From positions 960,221-1,024,220 of the forward strand of contig CP129477.1 of the NCBI GenBank assembly GCA_030583825.1: 64,000 bases of DNA. Direction: 5' to 3'. Within the stretch, counting starts at the first letter, position 1. Each line of letters begins with the position of its first letter. Positions 8,665-18,888 of the stretch are shown here, in pieces. The notes under the pieces were generated by a model that did not search any database, was not told the DNA's origin, and saw only the letters and a list, made by a program, of their open reading frames with translations. This DNA is from Candidatus Dojkabacteria bacterium. GTDB taxonomy: Bacteria; Patescibacteriota; Dojkabacteria; GCA-002793355. The position numbers were made by a program, and so were the translations under genes.

Positions 8665-11070
8665 ATGAACAAGCCTCGACTTCTCATAACTGCCTCAACA
8701 TTTCCGAGGTGGGCGAATGACAAGATTCCAACGTTCATGTATGAGCTTGCACGTCAATTAACCAAAGATTACGATGTTCATGTGCTTGCACCACACTTCA
8801 AGGGCGCAAAAACTAACGAAAATATGGATGGAATTAATGTCCATCGTTTTCGTTACGGCTTTGATAGCTGGGAAATACTTGCGTATGGTGGAGGAGTCGT
8901 AAACAATCTCGAAAAAAATCCGTTTGCACTACTCTCTTTGCCACTGTATATTCTCTCTTCTTTATTTAGTCTGCTGTATTTACAGTGGAAGTATAAATTT
9001 CAGGTAATGAATATTCACTGGTTTGTTCCGATGGGTGTTCTTGCAATCCTTTTAAAGCCATTGTTAGGTAGCAAAATTGTTGTTACGTCTCATGGTGGGG
9101 ATGTCTTTGCAGTACGAAAACAGAAAGCATTATCGCTGTTTCCAATGAAGAAAATTATCTCGTATGTTATAAAGAATGCCGACCATGTGACTCTCGTAAG
9201 CTCTGGTGTTCAGGAATATCTTTCGGAAAATTTTCCAGCGTATGATCCAGGAAAAACATCGGTTGTTCCGATGGGAATTGATACAAATCAGTTTACGCCG
9301 GTAAAGCACGAGGCAACAGAAACTTCACGTATACTTTTTGTCGGCCGACTTGTTGAAAAGAAAGGGGTGAATTACCTTATTGAAGCAGCTAAAATTCTTA
9401 AAGAAAAGAACCTTTCATTTCATATTGATATTGTTGGTGATGGCCCGCTTCGTCCAGATTATGAAACACTTGCAGAAAAATTGAATGTTACGGATAACAT
9501 TACATTCCACGGATTTGTTGTTAATACAGAAGTTCCAGGATATTTACAACGTAGTTCACTATTTGCCGGGCCTTCGGTCGTTGCTAAAAGTGGAGACCAG
9601 GAAGGCTTGCCTGTCACGTTTATGGAAGCAATGGCAACAGGTATACCTGTTGTCGTTAGTGATACTCCGGGTGTTAAAGATCTTGTTACTTCTGACTATG
9701 ACGGAATTGTTGTTCCGCAGTATGATTCTGTAGCGCTCGCTGCAGGATTAGAAAAATTACTCGCAGACGCAACGTTACGTAAAACGTTCTCGGAGCGCGC
9801 AAGACAAAAAGCTCTCGCATTCGATTGGCCAAAAATTGCCGCGCAGTTTACAGAGATCTACGAAAAAGTTTCCCGACCATCTTTACTTATTGTTGCATCT
9901 ACCTTTCCGCGATGGAAAAATGACACAATCTCGAACTTTGTGTACGCTCTTGCCAAGAATTTAAGTACTACATTTAATGTTCATATTCTTGCACCACACC
10001 ATAAAGATGCAAAGACTTATGAGGTTATGGAAGGCATGCAAGTCCATCGTTTTGTATACTTTATTCCAAAATATGAACGCTTGGCATACGGAGGCGGTGC
10101 GGTAAACAATATGAAAAAATCAAGGCTAATTCCATTGCTTGTTCCGTTTTACTTGGTGAGCAATTTATTTGCAATGATTGGTTTACAGCTTAAGTACAGA
10201 TATAACATTGTAAATGTTCACTGGATTCTTCCCTCAGGTTTTCTTGCGGCGTTAATCAAACCGCTTTTCAAATTCAGGCTAGTACTGACATCCCACGGTG
10301 GAGATATTTTTGGATTAAAAGGTATGGCAGTCTGGAAAATTCTTGGACTTGAACGGTTTGCCAAGTTTATTGTTAATCGGGCACAAGCTATTACGGCTGT
10401 TTCAAGCGCGCTTGAAGAAGAAATTATTTCTATTGGTGGTATTGCAACGAAGGACAAAATTTCAGTTCTACCAATGGGAATATATGTTGATCAGTTTTAC
10501 AGACAAAATCGTAAAATGCGTCAGTTAAGCAAAAATACAAAAACAAAATTTATCTTTGTAGGACGCCATGCTCAAGAAAAATCTCTTACTACATTGCTCG
10601 ATGCCTTAAAAATCCTGAAAGAGAAGGGGTATAATTTTTCAGCAACAATAGCTGGCGATGGCCCGGAAAAGATGACATTAGAACAAAAAGCAAAAGACTT
10701 AGGAATCGCATCTGACATTGTTTTTCCAGGGTATGTGCCGAACACAGAAGTCGCTGACCTTTTTTATAAACATGATATTCTCTTAAATTGCTCAGTTCGG
10801 GAAGGATTGCCAACAGTATTTATGGAAGCAATGGCAACTGGCCTACCAATTATCGTAACGAATACGCAGGGAATTTCCGATTTAGTAGCTGATCACCGCA
10901 ATGGTCTTGTTGTTGGCATGAAAGATCCAGAAGCAATTGCAAAGGCATGTGAAGAATTGATTGAAAATGAGACACTATACAAAACTATTTCTGCAAATGC
11001 ATTAAAAACAGCGTATAAATATGATTGGAAAATTATTTCAAAGCAATATGAAGATGTTCTCCTTCCTTAA
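8665..11070 (+). CDS. Fused tandem family-1 (GT4-type, GT-B fold) glycosyltransferase with two complete GT domains
   Basis: Two homologous halves. Half one spans 1-400 (ITASTFPRW...HVLAPHFKGAK ... EGLPVTFMEAMATGIPVV). Half two spans 401-801 (IVASTFPRW...HILAPHHKDAK ... EGLPTVFMEAMATGLPII). Each half has the E-x7-E nucleotide-sugar motif. Confidence 0.8.
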   Translation: MNKPRLLITASTFPRWANDKIPTFMYELARQLTKDYDVHVLAPHFKGAKTNENMDGINVHRFRYGFDSWEILAYGGGVVNNLEKNPFALLSLPLYILSSLFSLLYLQWKYKFQVMNIHWFVPMGVLAILLKPLLGSKIVVTSHGGDVFAVRKQKALSLFPMKKIISYVIKNADHVTLVSSGVQEYLSENFPAYDPGKTSVVPMGIDTNQFTPVKHEATETSRILFVGRLVEKKGVNYLIEAAKILKEKNLSFHIDIVGDGPLRPDYETLAEKLNVTDNITFHGFVVNTEVPGYLQRSSLFAGPSVVAKSGDQEGLPVTFMEAMATGIPVVVSDTPGVKDLVTSDYDGIVVPQYDSVALAAGLEKLLADATLRKTFSERARQKALAFDWPKIAAQFTEIYEKVSRPSLLIVASTFPRWKNDTISNFVYALAKNLSTTFNVHILAPHHKDAKTYEVMEGMQVHRFVYFIPKYERLAYGGGAVNNMKKSRLIPLLVPFYLVSNLFAMIGLQLKYRYNIVNVHWILPSGFLAALIKPLFKFRLVLTSHGGDIFGLKGMAVWKILGLERFAKFIVNRAQAITAVSSALEEEIISIGGIATKDKISVLPMGIYVDQFYRQNRKMRQLSKNTKTKFIFVGRHAQEKSLTTLLDALKILKEKGYNFSATIAGDGPEKMTLEQKAKDLGIASDIVFPGYVPNTEVADLFYKHDILLNCSVREGLPTVFMEAMATGLPIIVTNTQGISDLVADHRNGLVVGMKDPEAIAKACEELIENETLYKTISANALKTAYKYDWKIISKQYEDVLLP

Positions 11071-12283
11071 GAGGTTTGACTCAGCAAAAATTTATTCGAT
11101 TATTGCACAGGTTCTTGCTCTTGGTATTGGATACGTCGCGCAGTTGATTCTGTTTGTATTACTTACAGAAAAAGAGTCATTTAGTCATTTTCAGCTGACA
11201 AACTTTACGACAAACTTACTTGGACTTTTTGCCGGTTCGGTTATTCCAACACTCTTTTCTGCAAAAATAAGTGCACTGAGTGAAAAAGACGCAAAAAGCG
11301 AGCTACAGAAAATAGTTCTTCCATATATTGTCGTTCTTCTTGGTCAGACTGCATTATTGTATGTGCTATTTGTTGGGTTAAATATTGCTCAAGGAATTGA
11401 TTCATACCGATTATTGCTTTTTATTCTCTCAAGTGTGCAGGTACTTGCGTTTTCTGTAATGAACCTTTTCCATATGTACTTTATAGGCCGACGCGATTTT
11501 AAGACATTTGCAATCTTCTATACATTGTACGGTGCGATTAAATCGTTTTTTGTACTTGCTGCAGCATTTATGTTTAACAATGCTGAAGCAATCGTTGTTG
11601 GTATTTCGCTTGCATCAGTGCTCCATTCGCTCATTATTTTGTGGTACTTAAAGGTCAAACCGGAGATCACTATTTCTTTTGAGGCACTTATTCCATATAA
11701 AAAGAGATTTTTGGATCAACTTATTGCAAATCTCGTAATGTTTGGGATCTTAAATATTTCTTTTATTATTGCGTACTTCAAAATTCGCACAGACTACGAC
11801 ACATTTAACCTGATTACCCTTGCTCAACCAATTGGACTTGTTCCCTATTATGTCGTGTCATCACTAGGAAATGTATATATGATTGATTTTGCAAATGGAT
11901 CAAAGAAAGCAACAGATATTGTAAAAATCATTACCCGGATGTTTGCATTGCTTATTGTCTTTTCAATTCTCACTCTTGTTGCAGCTGCTGTTGTTTTTAC
12001 CATTTTTAACAGAGCTCCTGTTGGTCTTTTGCTACAATATGTCATGATTATGTTTCCTTCAACGATGGCAATTTCACTCATCAGTGTGCTTTTATCAATT
12101 TACCAAGGGCTAGGAGAACTATATAGACTGAGAGCTATTGTACTTGTGCTTATTCCCCTGTATCTTTTAATATCGCTTCTGCCTGTTACAACAGAGCAAC
12201 TTATTCTTATTACAGGTGGTGTATATCTTGGTATTAGCGTGTTTATTACATTACTTTCGCGAAAGATCTCATGGAAACCGTAA
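11021..12283 (+). CDS. Polytopic membrane protein, putative oligosaccharide flippase (Wzx/MOP-like)
   Basis: About 12 predicted TM helices over 420 aa, embedded in a glycosyltransferase cluster. The 5' end overlaps the upstream gene, so an alternative start lies near 11048. Confidence 0.4.
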   Translation: MIGKLFQSNMKMFSFLKRFDSAKIYSIIAQVLALGIGYVAQLILFVLLTEKESFSHFQLTNFTTNLLGLFAGSVIPTLFSAKISALSEKDAKSELQKIVLPYIVVLLGQTALLYVLFVGLNIAQGIDSYRLLLFILSSVQVLAFSVMNLFHMYFIGRRDFKTFAIFYTLYGAIKSFFVLAAAFMFNNAEAIVVGISLASVLHSLIILWYLKVKPEITISFEALIPYKKRFLDQLIANLVMFGILNISFIIAYFKIRTDYDTFNLITLAQPIGLVPYYVVSSLGNVYMIDFANGSKKATDIVKIITRMFALLIVFSILTLVAAAVVFTIFNRAPVGLLLQYVMIMFPSTMAISLISVLLSIYQGLGELYRLRAIVLVLIPLYLLISLLPVTTEQLILITGGVYLGISVFITLLSRKISWKP

Positions 12284-13827
12284 AAACCTTATTACAATCG
12301 GCAAAGAGCTTTTTCGCGAATAATGTCGCAGCAATACTCGTGGCACTCTGTTTTGTTGCAATTTTATGGTCAACAACATTTGTATCTGAATTACCTTTTA
12401 AAAGCTATGGAGATGTTTGGGCTCACCTCGCGTTTGTGGAAGAGCTAAAAAAGCCTCTCGAAGAAGTAGGAGATCCATACTTTAACACTGGAAGTCGCGA
12501 CCCTCACAATGGAATTTATCCCGTCGCAATTGCAAAGATCAGCCAGGCAACAGGAGTTTCACATATTTTTCTTATGCAAATCTTTGGAATTATCAGCTTT
12601 GTCGCAGTCTATTTAACAGCGATTGTTGCCTACAGAACCTTTTTCCCTGATAGAAAAAATAAGCACATTGATTCTATTGTTTTAGGTATAGTCATGTTCT
12701 TAGGATGGGAAAGCTATCGTTTGTCGTATGCGGGGTATTTCTCACTTGCAGATATTGCTATTGGAATTATGTTCCCGCATTTATTTGCACTAGCATTGTT
12801 TAATCTTGCTATTACAGCTTATTACATTGTTCTAAAGCGTCAGAAAGAGAAAAAACCTATTCAAAAAACAATTGTTATTCAACTGATCGTTGCTTTTTTA
12901 AGTGCAGCAATTTTATTAACACACGTTATTACCGGAGTTATTTTAATGTATACATTCCTCGTATTTACTGGTTACTACTTCTTGTTTGAATATAAGCTCC
13001 GTCCACCGTTTGTATTTTTCTTAAATGCAATTATCCCTTTGTTGGCTGTAATTCTCTGTCTTTTCTGGCCATTTTATAACTTTTTAGATCCATTCACTAA
13101 ATTGCAAACAATTCACACTGAATCACCAATTTCCTCAATTTTCGAAATGAGAGACTGGTTTGCAGTTGCAGCAATTATGCTTGTTGGGGTATTTAGCGCT
13201 CTTGTCGCTAAAAATAGACTTATTACGATATGGTTTTTCTCTGTATTATTTGTTCTTGCCTCTTACCTCTACCCTGTTCGAATCTCTTCATATTGGAGAT
13301 TTTTCCCGGTTACATTGTTATCTCTCTCTTTTTTAATGACCTATTGGACATCATCGCTAAACCGCACAATGAGAACATTTATTCTCTTTATGATGCTGCT
13401 TTTCGGCTTCTCCAGTTTTGTTAACAAAGTTGACACTATTGGATATCGTCAAGCCGTAACTCCTGTGTCATTTGATTTTCTAAAAGAGGTTCCGTCGGAC
13501 AAAATGATTCTTTCTGACCCGGAAACTTCGTACTTATTTAGCGGAATTACTGGCCATGCAGTGCTTGTTGTAAATAAAACTCACTGGAACCCAGCAAACC
13601 ACGTTATTTCAGAAGAAAGATATAAAGATTCGCTCGCGTTCTGGCGGGAAAATGACGAAACTGGGTCACCGTACGTAATTGATAAATACAATATTGAGTA
13701 CGTTTTGATCAATAAAAAGATTTATAGAAACTTTAACGAATATGCTGTTATGCTTGGCTCAAAGTATAAAATGAAAGAATTATATCAGGATAAAAGTTAT
13801 CTCTTACTTCAGATTATTCAGGATTAA
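12271..13827 (+). CDS. Polytopic membrane protein, putative GT-C-type glycosyltransferase or polymerase
   Basis: More than 10 hydrophobic helices with an acidic first extracytoplasmic loop (VSELPFKSYGDVWAHLAFVEELKKPLEE). Sits inside the glycan cluster. Confidence 0.35.
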   Translation: METVKTLLQSAKSFFANNVAAILVALCFVAILWSTTFVSELPFKSYGDVWAHLAFVEELKKPLEEVGDPYFNTGSRDPHNGIYPVAIAKISQATGVSHIFLMQIFGIISFVAVYLTAIVAYRTFFPDRKNKHIDSIVLGIVMFLGWESYRLSYAGYFSLADIAIGIMFPHLFALALFNLAITAYYIVLKRQKEKKPIQKTIVIQLIVAFLSAAILLTHVITGVILMYTFLVFTGYYFLFEYKLRPPFVFFLNAIIPLLAVILCLFWPFYNFLDPFTKLQTIHTESPISSIFEMRDWFAVAAIMLVGVFSALVAKNRLITIWFFSVLFVLASYLYPVRISSYWRFFPVTLLSLSFLMTYWTSSLNRTMRTFILFMMLLFGFSSFVNKVDTIGYRQAVTPVSFDFLKEVPSDKMILSDPETSYLFSGITGHAVLVVNKTHWNPANHVISEERYKDSLAFWRENDETGSPYVIDKYNIEYVLINKKIYRNFNEYAVMLGSKYKMKELYQDKSYLLLQIIQD

Positions 13828-13829
13828 TT

Positions 13830-15017
13830 ATGAATATACTTATTGTTACAAGAGACACAAAACATGGCATTGGAACAACTGTGAAAAATCTTGTGTGGCA
13901 GTTTGAATCTCGTGCAGATGTTAATAAAGTAACAGTTATTGCACCAGAAACATTTGAGGTATTTACTGATAAAGTAAACTTTAAAATTGCTCCACTAAAA
14001 GGACAGTACTTCTTTACAAAAGAAATTACATTTGGAATTTCTGCAGCAAAAGCAATGAAAGAAGCATTTTCAGAGGCACAATACGATATTGTCCACTTGC
14101 ATTCGAATATCATTAATTACGGCGTTATTCCACGCTTAGGAGCAAAGATTGTAAGTACTTTTCAGGGAACGCATAAGGCATTGATGAATATGACTGTTCC
14201 AGTGGTGAGTACTTTTCACAATACTCACAAAGCTTCAACATTGATGGCAAATGTTAACGGATTAAAGTATCGAATTGGAAAATACCTTCATATTCCGTTT
14301 ATGAAGCTTGATTCAATGCGTGTTCATAACAGTAAAATTGTTACTTGTGTGAGTACTTATACTCTCGACGAAGTCAAAAAAGAGCGAGAGAATGACACAG
14401 AAGCATTTGTTTTTGTGCCCAATGGTGTAAAAACAGATGTATATCACAAAAAGGCAAGCTTTGATAAAGCAGCATTTTGGAAAGAAAAATACGGAATTAC
14501 CGATGACACAAAGAAACTTTTATATATTGGGCGTTTAGAGTCAGGAAAAGGACTTGATCACCTCGTTGCAGCAGTTGCAGAGATGGAAAATACAACGCTT
14601 ATTTTTGTTGGTGACGGTGCAGAACGAGAAAATCTTGAAAAGATTCCATTTGTAAAATGCCTTGGCTATGTCGGTAGTGAATCAGACAAAAATGATCTAT
14701 ACAATGCAGCAGATTTATTTGTATTCCCATCTCTGTATGAAAATTTTCCTCTTGTTATTGGTGAAGCAATGGCAGCCGGAACTCCAATGATCGCAACAAA
14801 AGTCGGTATGGTTCCTTACATGCTTCAGGACGATGAAGATGTTTTGGTAGAGCCAGGAAATTCTGAAGCAATGCATCAAAAAATACTTGCACTCCTTTCA
14901 AATAAAGAGAAATATACCCAAGAATCAATTGAAAATCGGCAGTTTGCTGAGAAAAACCTTAGCTGGTCAGTTGTTGCCGATACATATTTAAACTTATATA
15001 AGAAAATGACACCATGA
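13830..15017 (+). CDS. Family-1 (GT4) glycosyltransferase
   Basis: The C-terminal domain has GRLESGKG, LIFVGDG, FVFPSLYENFPLVIGEAMAAGTPMIATKVG. A short internal duplication is present (VSTFQGTHKA / VSTFHNTHKA). Confidence 0.85.
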   Translation: MNILIVTRDTKHGIGTTVKNLVWQFESRADVNKVTVIAPETFEVFTDKVNFKIAPLKGQYFFTKEITFGISAAKAMKEAFSEAQYDIVHLHSNIINYGVIPRLGAKIVSTFQGTHKALMNMTVPVVSTFHNTHKASTLMANVNGLKYRIGKYLHIPFMKLDSMRVHNSKIVTCVSTYTLDEVKKERENDTEAFVFVPNGVKTDVYHKKASFDKAAFWKEKYGITDDTKKLLYIGRLESGKGLDHLVAAVAEMENTTLIFVGDGAERENLEKIPFVKCLGYVGSESDKNDLYNAADLFVFPSLYENFPLVIGEAMAAGTPMIATKVGMVPYMLQDDEDVLVEPGNSEAMHQKILALLSNKEKYTQESIENRQFAEKNLSWSVVADTYLNLYKKMTP

Positions 15018-16483
15018 CTAAAGAGAAACTCTTAAAAATATTGCAAGTGGCTCTTCCTTACGTCCTGATTGCAATTCCCATTATTCTTGGAAGCATCATT
15101 TTGTTTCGATTTGTTGCACCGTTTGGGCTTGCTGTTTCTTACGACTTTAACATTGCCAATAATGCCGAGTTATTTGGCCGTATTCGCGATGTCGAACGAG
15201 ATGCATATGCAGAGGTTACAGATAGTTCTTTAACAATTAAAGATAGGTTTTCTGTCACAAAGGAAAAAGTTGAATTCAGTATCGTACCTGTGGGGCAAGA
15301 TTTCAAAGAAATTAAAGTTCGAATGAAACTTGGTAATACTCCAACGCAAACCACTTTAATGCAGGTACTAGACTTTGAGTATAATCGCCAGGAAAGCTTT
15401 TTACTTCGAAACAACGTTATTAAAGAGCTTGGAGCACCAAAATTTGCTTACGACGACTTTGACGTATGGAGCTTTACCTCGGCAATCCAAACGAAAGAAG
15501 ACTTGGACAATAAAATAAATGAGTTAAGCGTTACTTCCGGTGCTCTTTCAGTCTGTACGCTTGATAACGATTTCTACCATGATCCAGTATTTGAAAGTGT
15601 GACTGCTGTAAACGATACTCAGCTCTATGCTCCTGTTTTCCGTGGTTCACATGTGTTTAGCGTATATGTTGGTCGCGATAGAAAACTGTATTTTGGATTC
15701 ACTAAAAGAGACTTGAACTGGTACTCAGGAACAGATGAAATGATTATTATCCTGCGACGCCAGGGTAAAGTTATTCGCCAGGAACAAATTAATGACGATG
15801 GAATCTACGATGGCACCCAAGGACGTGTCACTGGTGTTGATCAGCCATATCTTTTGGAACTGAACAACTTAGAAGCCGGTGTGTATGAAATTGCAATCGA
15901 AACATCAGAAGACTCATTGATTACCAAGGTTCACTCAAAGAACCCAAAGGTTGTTGTGAACCGCGATATGTTCCTTGCTAATAATGGAATTTACGGAACT
16001 TTTCCAAAAGATGTTTCTATTTTCACTTATTCTCCGCGTGTGTTCTTCTCTTTTTACCACGACACCTTCCTTAACAATATGACAGTAAATGGACAGAACT
16101 TTGTTCCGGCACAATTGCAAAACTTTGAATCACTGGAATTGCAATTAAACACTCTTAACCGTGTTGATATTCCATCTGCCGACTTACGAGTCGCATCAAA
16201 GGACTACTATGCATTTACTCGTGAAAGCTACTTTAAACCGACTATTTTTGACAATGTAAATTGTGTCTCATTTCCAAAGGATGTTGCCGAAAAGCAGGAC
16301 ATTTTAGTTGTAAAGAATATGGCTGAAGACAAAGGAAACGGGTTTTACGAAATGACAATTCCGTATAAAAAAGGCTATGTTGGTGCAGAAGGTCGAATTT
16401 ACTTTACTTTCTACAATCCGGGACTTGGCATTGATGAATCACGAGTAGAAATAGAATATTTTCAAGTTGAATTAATTCGCTAA
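15014..16483 (+). CDS. Hypothetical membrane-anchored extracytoplasmic protein
   Basis: A single N-terminal TM helix followed by a 450-aa domain with no recognisable motifs. Start overlaps the upstream stop (ATGA). Confidence 0.5.
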   Translation: MTKEKLLKILQVALPYVLIAIPIILGSIILFRFVAPFGLAVSYDFNIANNAELFGRIRDVERDAYAEVTDSSLTIKDRFSVTKEKVEFSIVPVGQDFKEIKVRMKLGNTPTQTTLMQVLDFEYNRQESFLLRNNVIKELGAPKFAYDDFDVWSFTSAIQTKEDLDNKINELSVTSGALSVCTLDNDFYHDPVFESVTAVNDTQLYAPVFRGSHVFSVYVGRDRKLYFGFTKRDLNWYSGTDEMIIILRRQGKVIRQEQINDDGIYDGTQGRVTGVDQPYLLELNNLEAGVYEIAIETSEDSLITKVHSKNPKVVVNRDMFLANNGIYGTFPKDVSIFTYSPRVFFSFYHDTFLNNMTVNGQNFVPAQLQNFESLELQLNTLNRVDIPSADLRVASKDYYAFTRESYFKPTIFDNVNCVSFPKDVAEKQDILVVKNMAEDKGNGFYEMTIPYKKGYVGAEGRIYFTFYNPGLGIDESRVEIEYFQVELIR

Positions 16484-16485
16484 TT

Positions 16486-16920
16486 ATGAAAAAGCATATT
16501 CTTTCAGGACTTCTCTTTATACTCTACTTTGGGCTGTTTCTTGTATTAAAAGTCATTAACGAAATTAGCAATAACTCCATAGAATATTTGGGAAATCTTG
16601 ATGAAGTAATGATTCTTGTGGTCTCCGCAGGTGTTGCGTATTATTTACTGTTACTTTCTTCAAAAGAAGGCCTAAAGAACGATATTCTTACTGATGCTGA
16701 TGAAAAACCAGGGATCAGTTGGAGAATTCTTGCAAGTGTCGCGTCATCAATGTTTGTTGGCTACGTCGTGTATAACAAAACACTTTTTTGGGTTGGTGGA
16801 GAAATCGTCAGTGCAGCAGCTGCGTTTTGTACATTGATTGTTGTATTTCTTTCGCTTTCAACAAAGAATGAAGAAAGCTCTTCTGATCAGCCTTCTAAAC
16901 AAGAAAAAAGTGGTAATTAA
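16486..16920 (+). CDS. Small integral membrane protein, hypothetical
   Basis: 144 aa with four hydrophobic segments and an acidic, Ser-rich C-terminal tail. Confidence 0.45.
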   Translation: MKKHILSGLLFILYFGLFLVLKVINEISNNSIEYLGNLDEVMILVVSAGVAYYLLLLSSKEGLKNDILTDADEKPGISWRILASVASSMFVGYVVYNKTLFWVGGEIVSAAAAFCTLIVVFLSLSTKNEESSSDQPSKQEKSGN

Positions 16921-18386
16921 CGAACCCAATACACAGTTGTAGTATCTCCCACGCTCTGAAATCTATCTATTTGAACAAGTACTGGCGATCTGTACGCAGA
17001 GACTTGATACTGCAGTAATAATGGCAGAATGCTTTCCAACTTTTGAGGGCAAAGGCTTTGAGCATAGCCATCCACTACGTAATATCCTTGCGCCAACGGT
17101 AACTCGACAGTAAGATCGCAAATGTGTCCCGATCTATAATGCCTATATGCTGTCATAAGAGGAGTTGAACTCCATATTGTATAGTCCTTTTCAAATTGGC
17201 CATTCAATCGGTCTTGCCAATAATCTATACTGAGTGATGCAAGCGGAAGACTGACAAAAACCATAACAAGCTGAAAAACAACTGCAAAAATCATTAGCCT
17301 TTGCATGACTTGCTCTGCGATGAAGTTTTCCCATTCGCTACTGAGCACGATGGCAAGAAGAAATGGAATAACAAAAATAAGGTAGCGGAATGTGTCACTG
17401 GAGTTATATGTGTAAACACCTCCTAGTACCAATGCAGAAAGAATAAGGTACGGGCTCATAATTGCCCGTTTTTGCCATGAGAGATACGCTACAAGAAGTA
17501 AGAGGCCTCCACATAAAATACTGCCTAAAACAGGCGTTACAGAGCTTGATACATACCCTAGAGATGCAATCAGCACAATAATTGCCGAAAAAAGAACCAT
17601 AAAAGGAATTCCAAACTGAGAAAGAGCTGTTGTCCATTGTAAAATCTGAGCCTGATATTTTTTAGCATGTGTAATAAATGCAAGAATGAGACAAATCACA
17701 GCAAATGGAAGCAAAACATACAAAATGGCATATACTCCAGAATTTGAAATAAGTCCCATAACTATATAAAAAGTGAGCAATAGCGCGTACAAGCTATTCC
17801 TCCATAGCATATGCTGTTTTTTATTTGCAGTGTCTACAGGAATTCTTAAAAGCAGAGGAAAGATAAAGATCATTTCAGGGCGAATAAGTCCGAGAAGCAA
17901 TGCAATCACTATGCCAATTCTAAACTTTCGCATCCGTAATGCGCTCAGAAGGAAAGATAAAAGCATAAATGAAAAGTATTCTGTTGATGCGCGAGAAATC
18001 CAATAGATAATAGCTCCCGAGCTAAGAACTAAGAGAAATGCGAGTATTTGGGTCGTGTGAGTATGTTTTCGTTGTCTAAACGAAACAATAAGTGCTGTTA
18101 TACCTGCAACAAGAAACAGAATATTTATAAATGTTGTATAGGAGCCTGCCCACAGTAGTAAGGAGGTAATAAATGGCGCAAGAGGCTTTATAGAAACAAA
18201 GTAGTCAAAAGGAATAACTGCTCCATTATAGGAAATGGATTTAATAAAAAAATCCTGACTCCTCGCGATTACCGCGTAAATATAGGAATCAGGATAGAGT
18301 ATGTGGGGTTTTGGAATGCTTAGAAGTATTCCAGTGATAACAACCAATACAAGAGTTGCTAAAGAGGGGCCGTATTTCTTCAGCAC
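16917..18386 (-). CDS. Polytopic membrane protein, putative GT-C family glycosyltransferase (ArnT/PMT-like)
   Basis: 489 aa with at least 12 TM helices. A conserved-looking YPDSYIYA motif sits in the first loop. Convergent with the glycan cluster. Confidence 0.4.
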   Translation of the reverse strand: MLKKYGPSLATLVLVVITGILLSIPKPHILYPDSYIYAVIARSQDFFIKSISYNGAVIPFDYFVSIKPLAPFITSLLLWAGSYTTFINILFLVAGITALIVSFRQRKHTHTTQILAFLLVLSSGAIIYWISRASTEYFSFMLLSFLLSALRMRKFRIGIVIALLLGLIRPEMIFIFPLLLRIPVDTANKKQHMLWRNSLYALLLTFYIVMGLISNSGVYAILYVLLPFAVICLILAFITHAKKYQAQILQWTTALSQFGIPFMVLFSAIIVLIASLGYVSSSVTPVLGSILCGGLLLLVAYLSWQKRAIMSPYLILSALVLGGVYTYNSSDTFRYLIFVIPFLLAIVLSSEWENFIAEQVMQRLMIFAVVFQLVMVFVSLPLASLSIDYWQDRLNGQFEKDYTIWSSTPLMTAYRHYRSGHICDLTVELPLAQGYYVVDGYAQSLCPQKLESILPLLLQYQVSAYRSPVLVQIDRFQSVGDTTTVYWVR

Positions 18387-18471
18387 TTAATTATTCGTAT
18401 ACAATTTAATGCAAAGAGTTATCTTTGCTCATTATGCAGAAAAAATATCCGCAAGATAAACTTGAGATATT

Positions 18472-18732
18472 TTATTTTGTATTGTTATTTCGTCTGAAAA
18501 CAACGATCAATACTGCAATAAGCAATGCAATTGCAATAATGACTGCAAACCACACGAGGATTGAGTTCACGCCAGTGTTTGTTGCGTTCTGACCAAGAAC
18601 TTCACCTGAACGTGGTGTTGTTGTAGTTCCAAGCACTGAACCTGTTTCAGTTGCATAAACCTTTGCTGCACCAACTAAGTTGCTTACAAATGCTGCTACT
18701 GCGGTTCCAACTGCAAATAATGCTTTTCTCAT
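18472..18732 (-). CDS. Small secreted protein with C-terminal hydrophobic anchor and basic tail
   Basis: Likely start at the internal Met (MRKALFAVGTAVAAF...). It has a signal peptide, a Thr/Gly-rich region, a C-terminal TM helix and an RRNNNTK tail. No LPXTG motif is present. Confidence 0.45.
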   Translation of the reverse strand: MRKALFAVGTAVAAFVSNLVGAAKVYATETGSVLGTTTTPRSGEVLGQNATNTGVNSILVWFAVIIAIALLIAVLIVVFRRNNNTK

Positions 18733-18888
18733 TGTTGTGGTTCTTAAATAAAATAAAACTAAAGTATTATACCATTGCATAATGAGCGTGTCAATATTAC
18801 TATAGGTATAGTTATACGAGTATCGAACATTCACTCAAAAATGGTAAAATACGCTAGGTCATTTAGTAAATTTACAGAAATATAAGAC

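Noticed and set aside
14150-14260. Short tandem-like duplication inside the GT1 gene 13830..15017 (VSTFQGTHKA / VSTFHNTHKA)
   Set aside because: It is a minor in-frame intragenic repeat with no independent function evident. It is noted only in the feature evidence.
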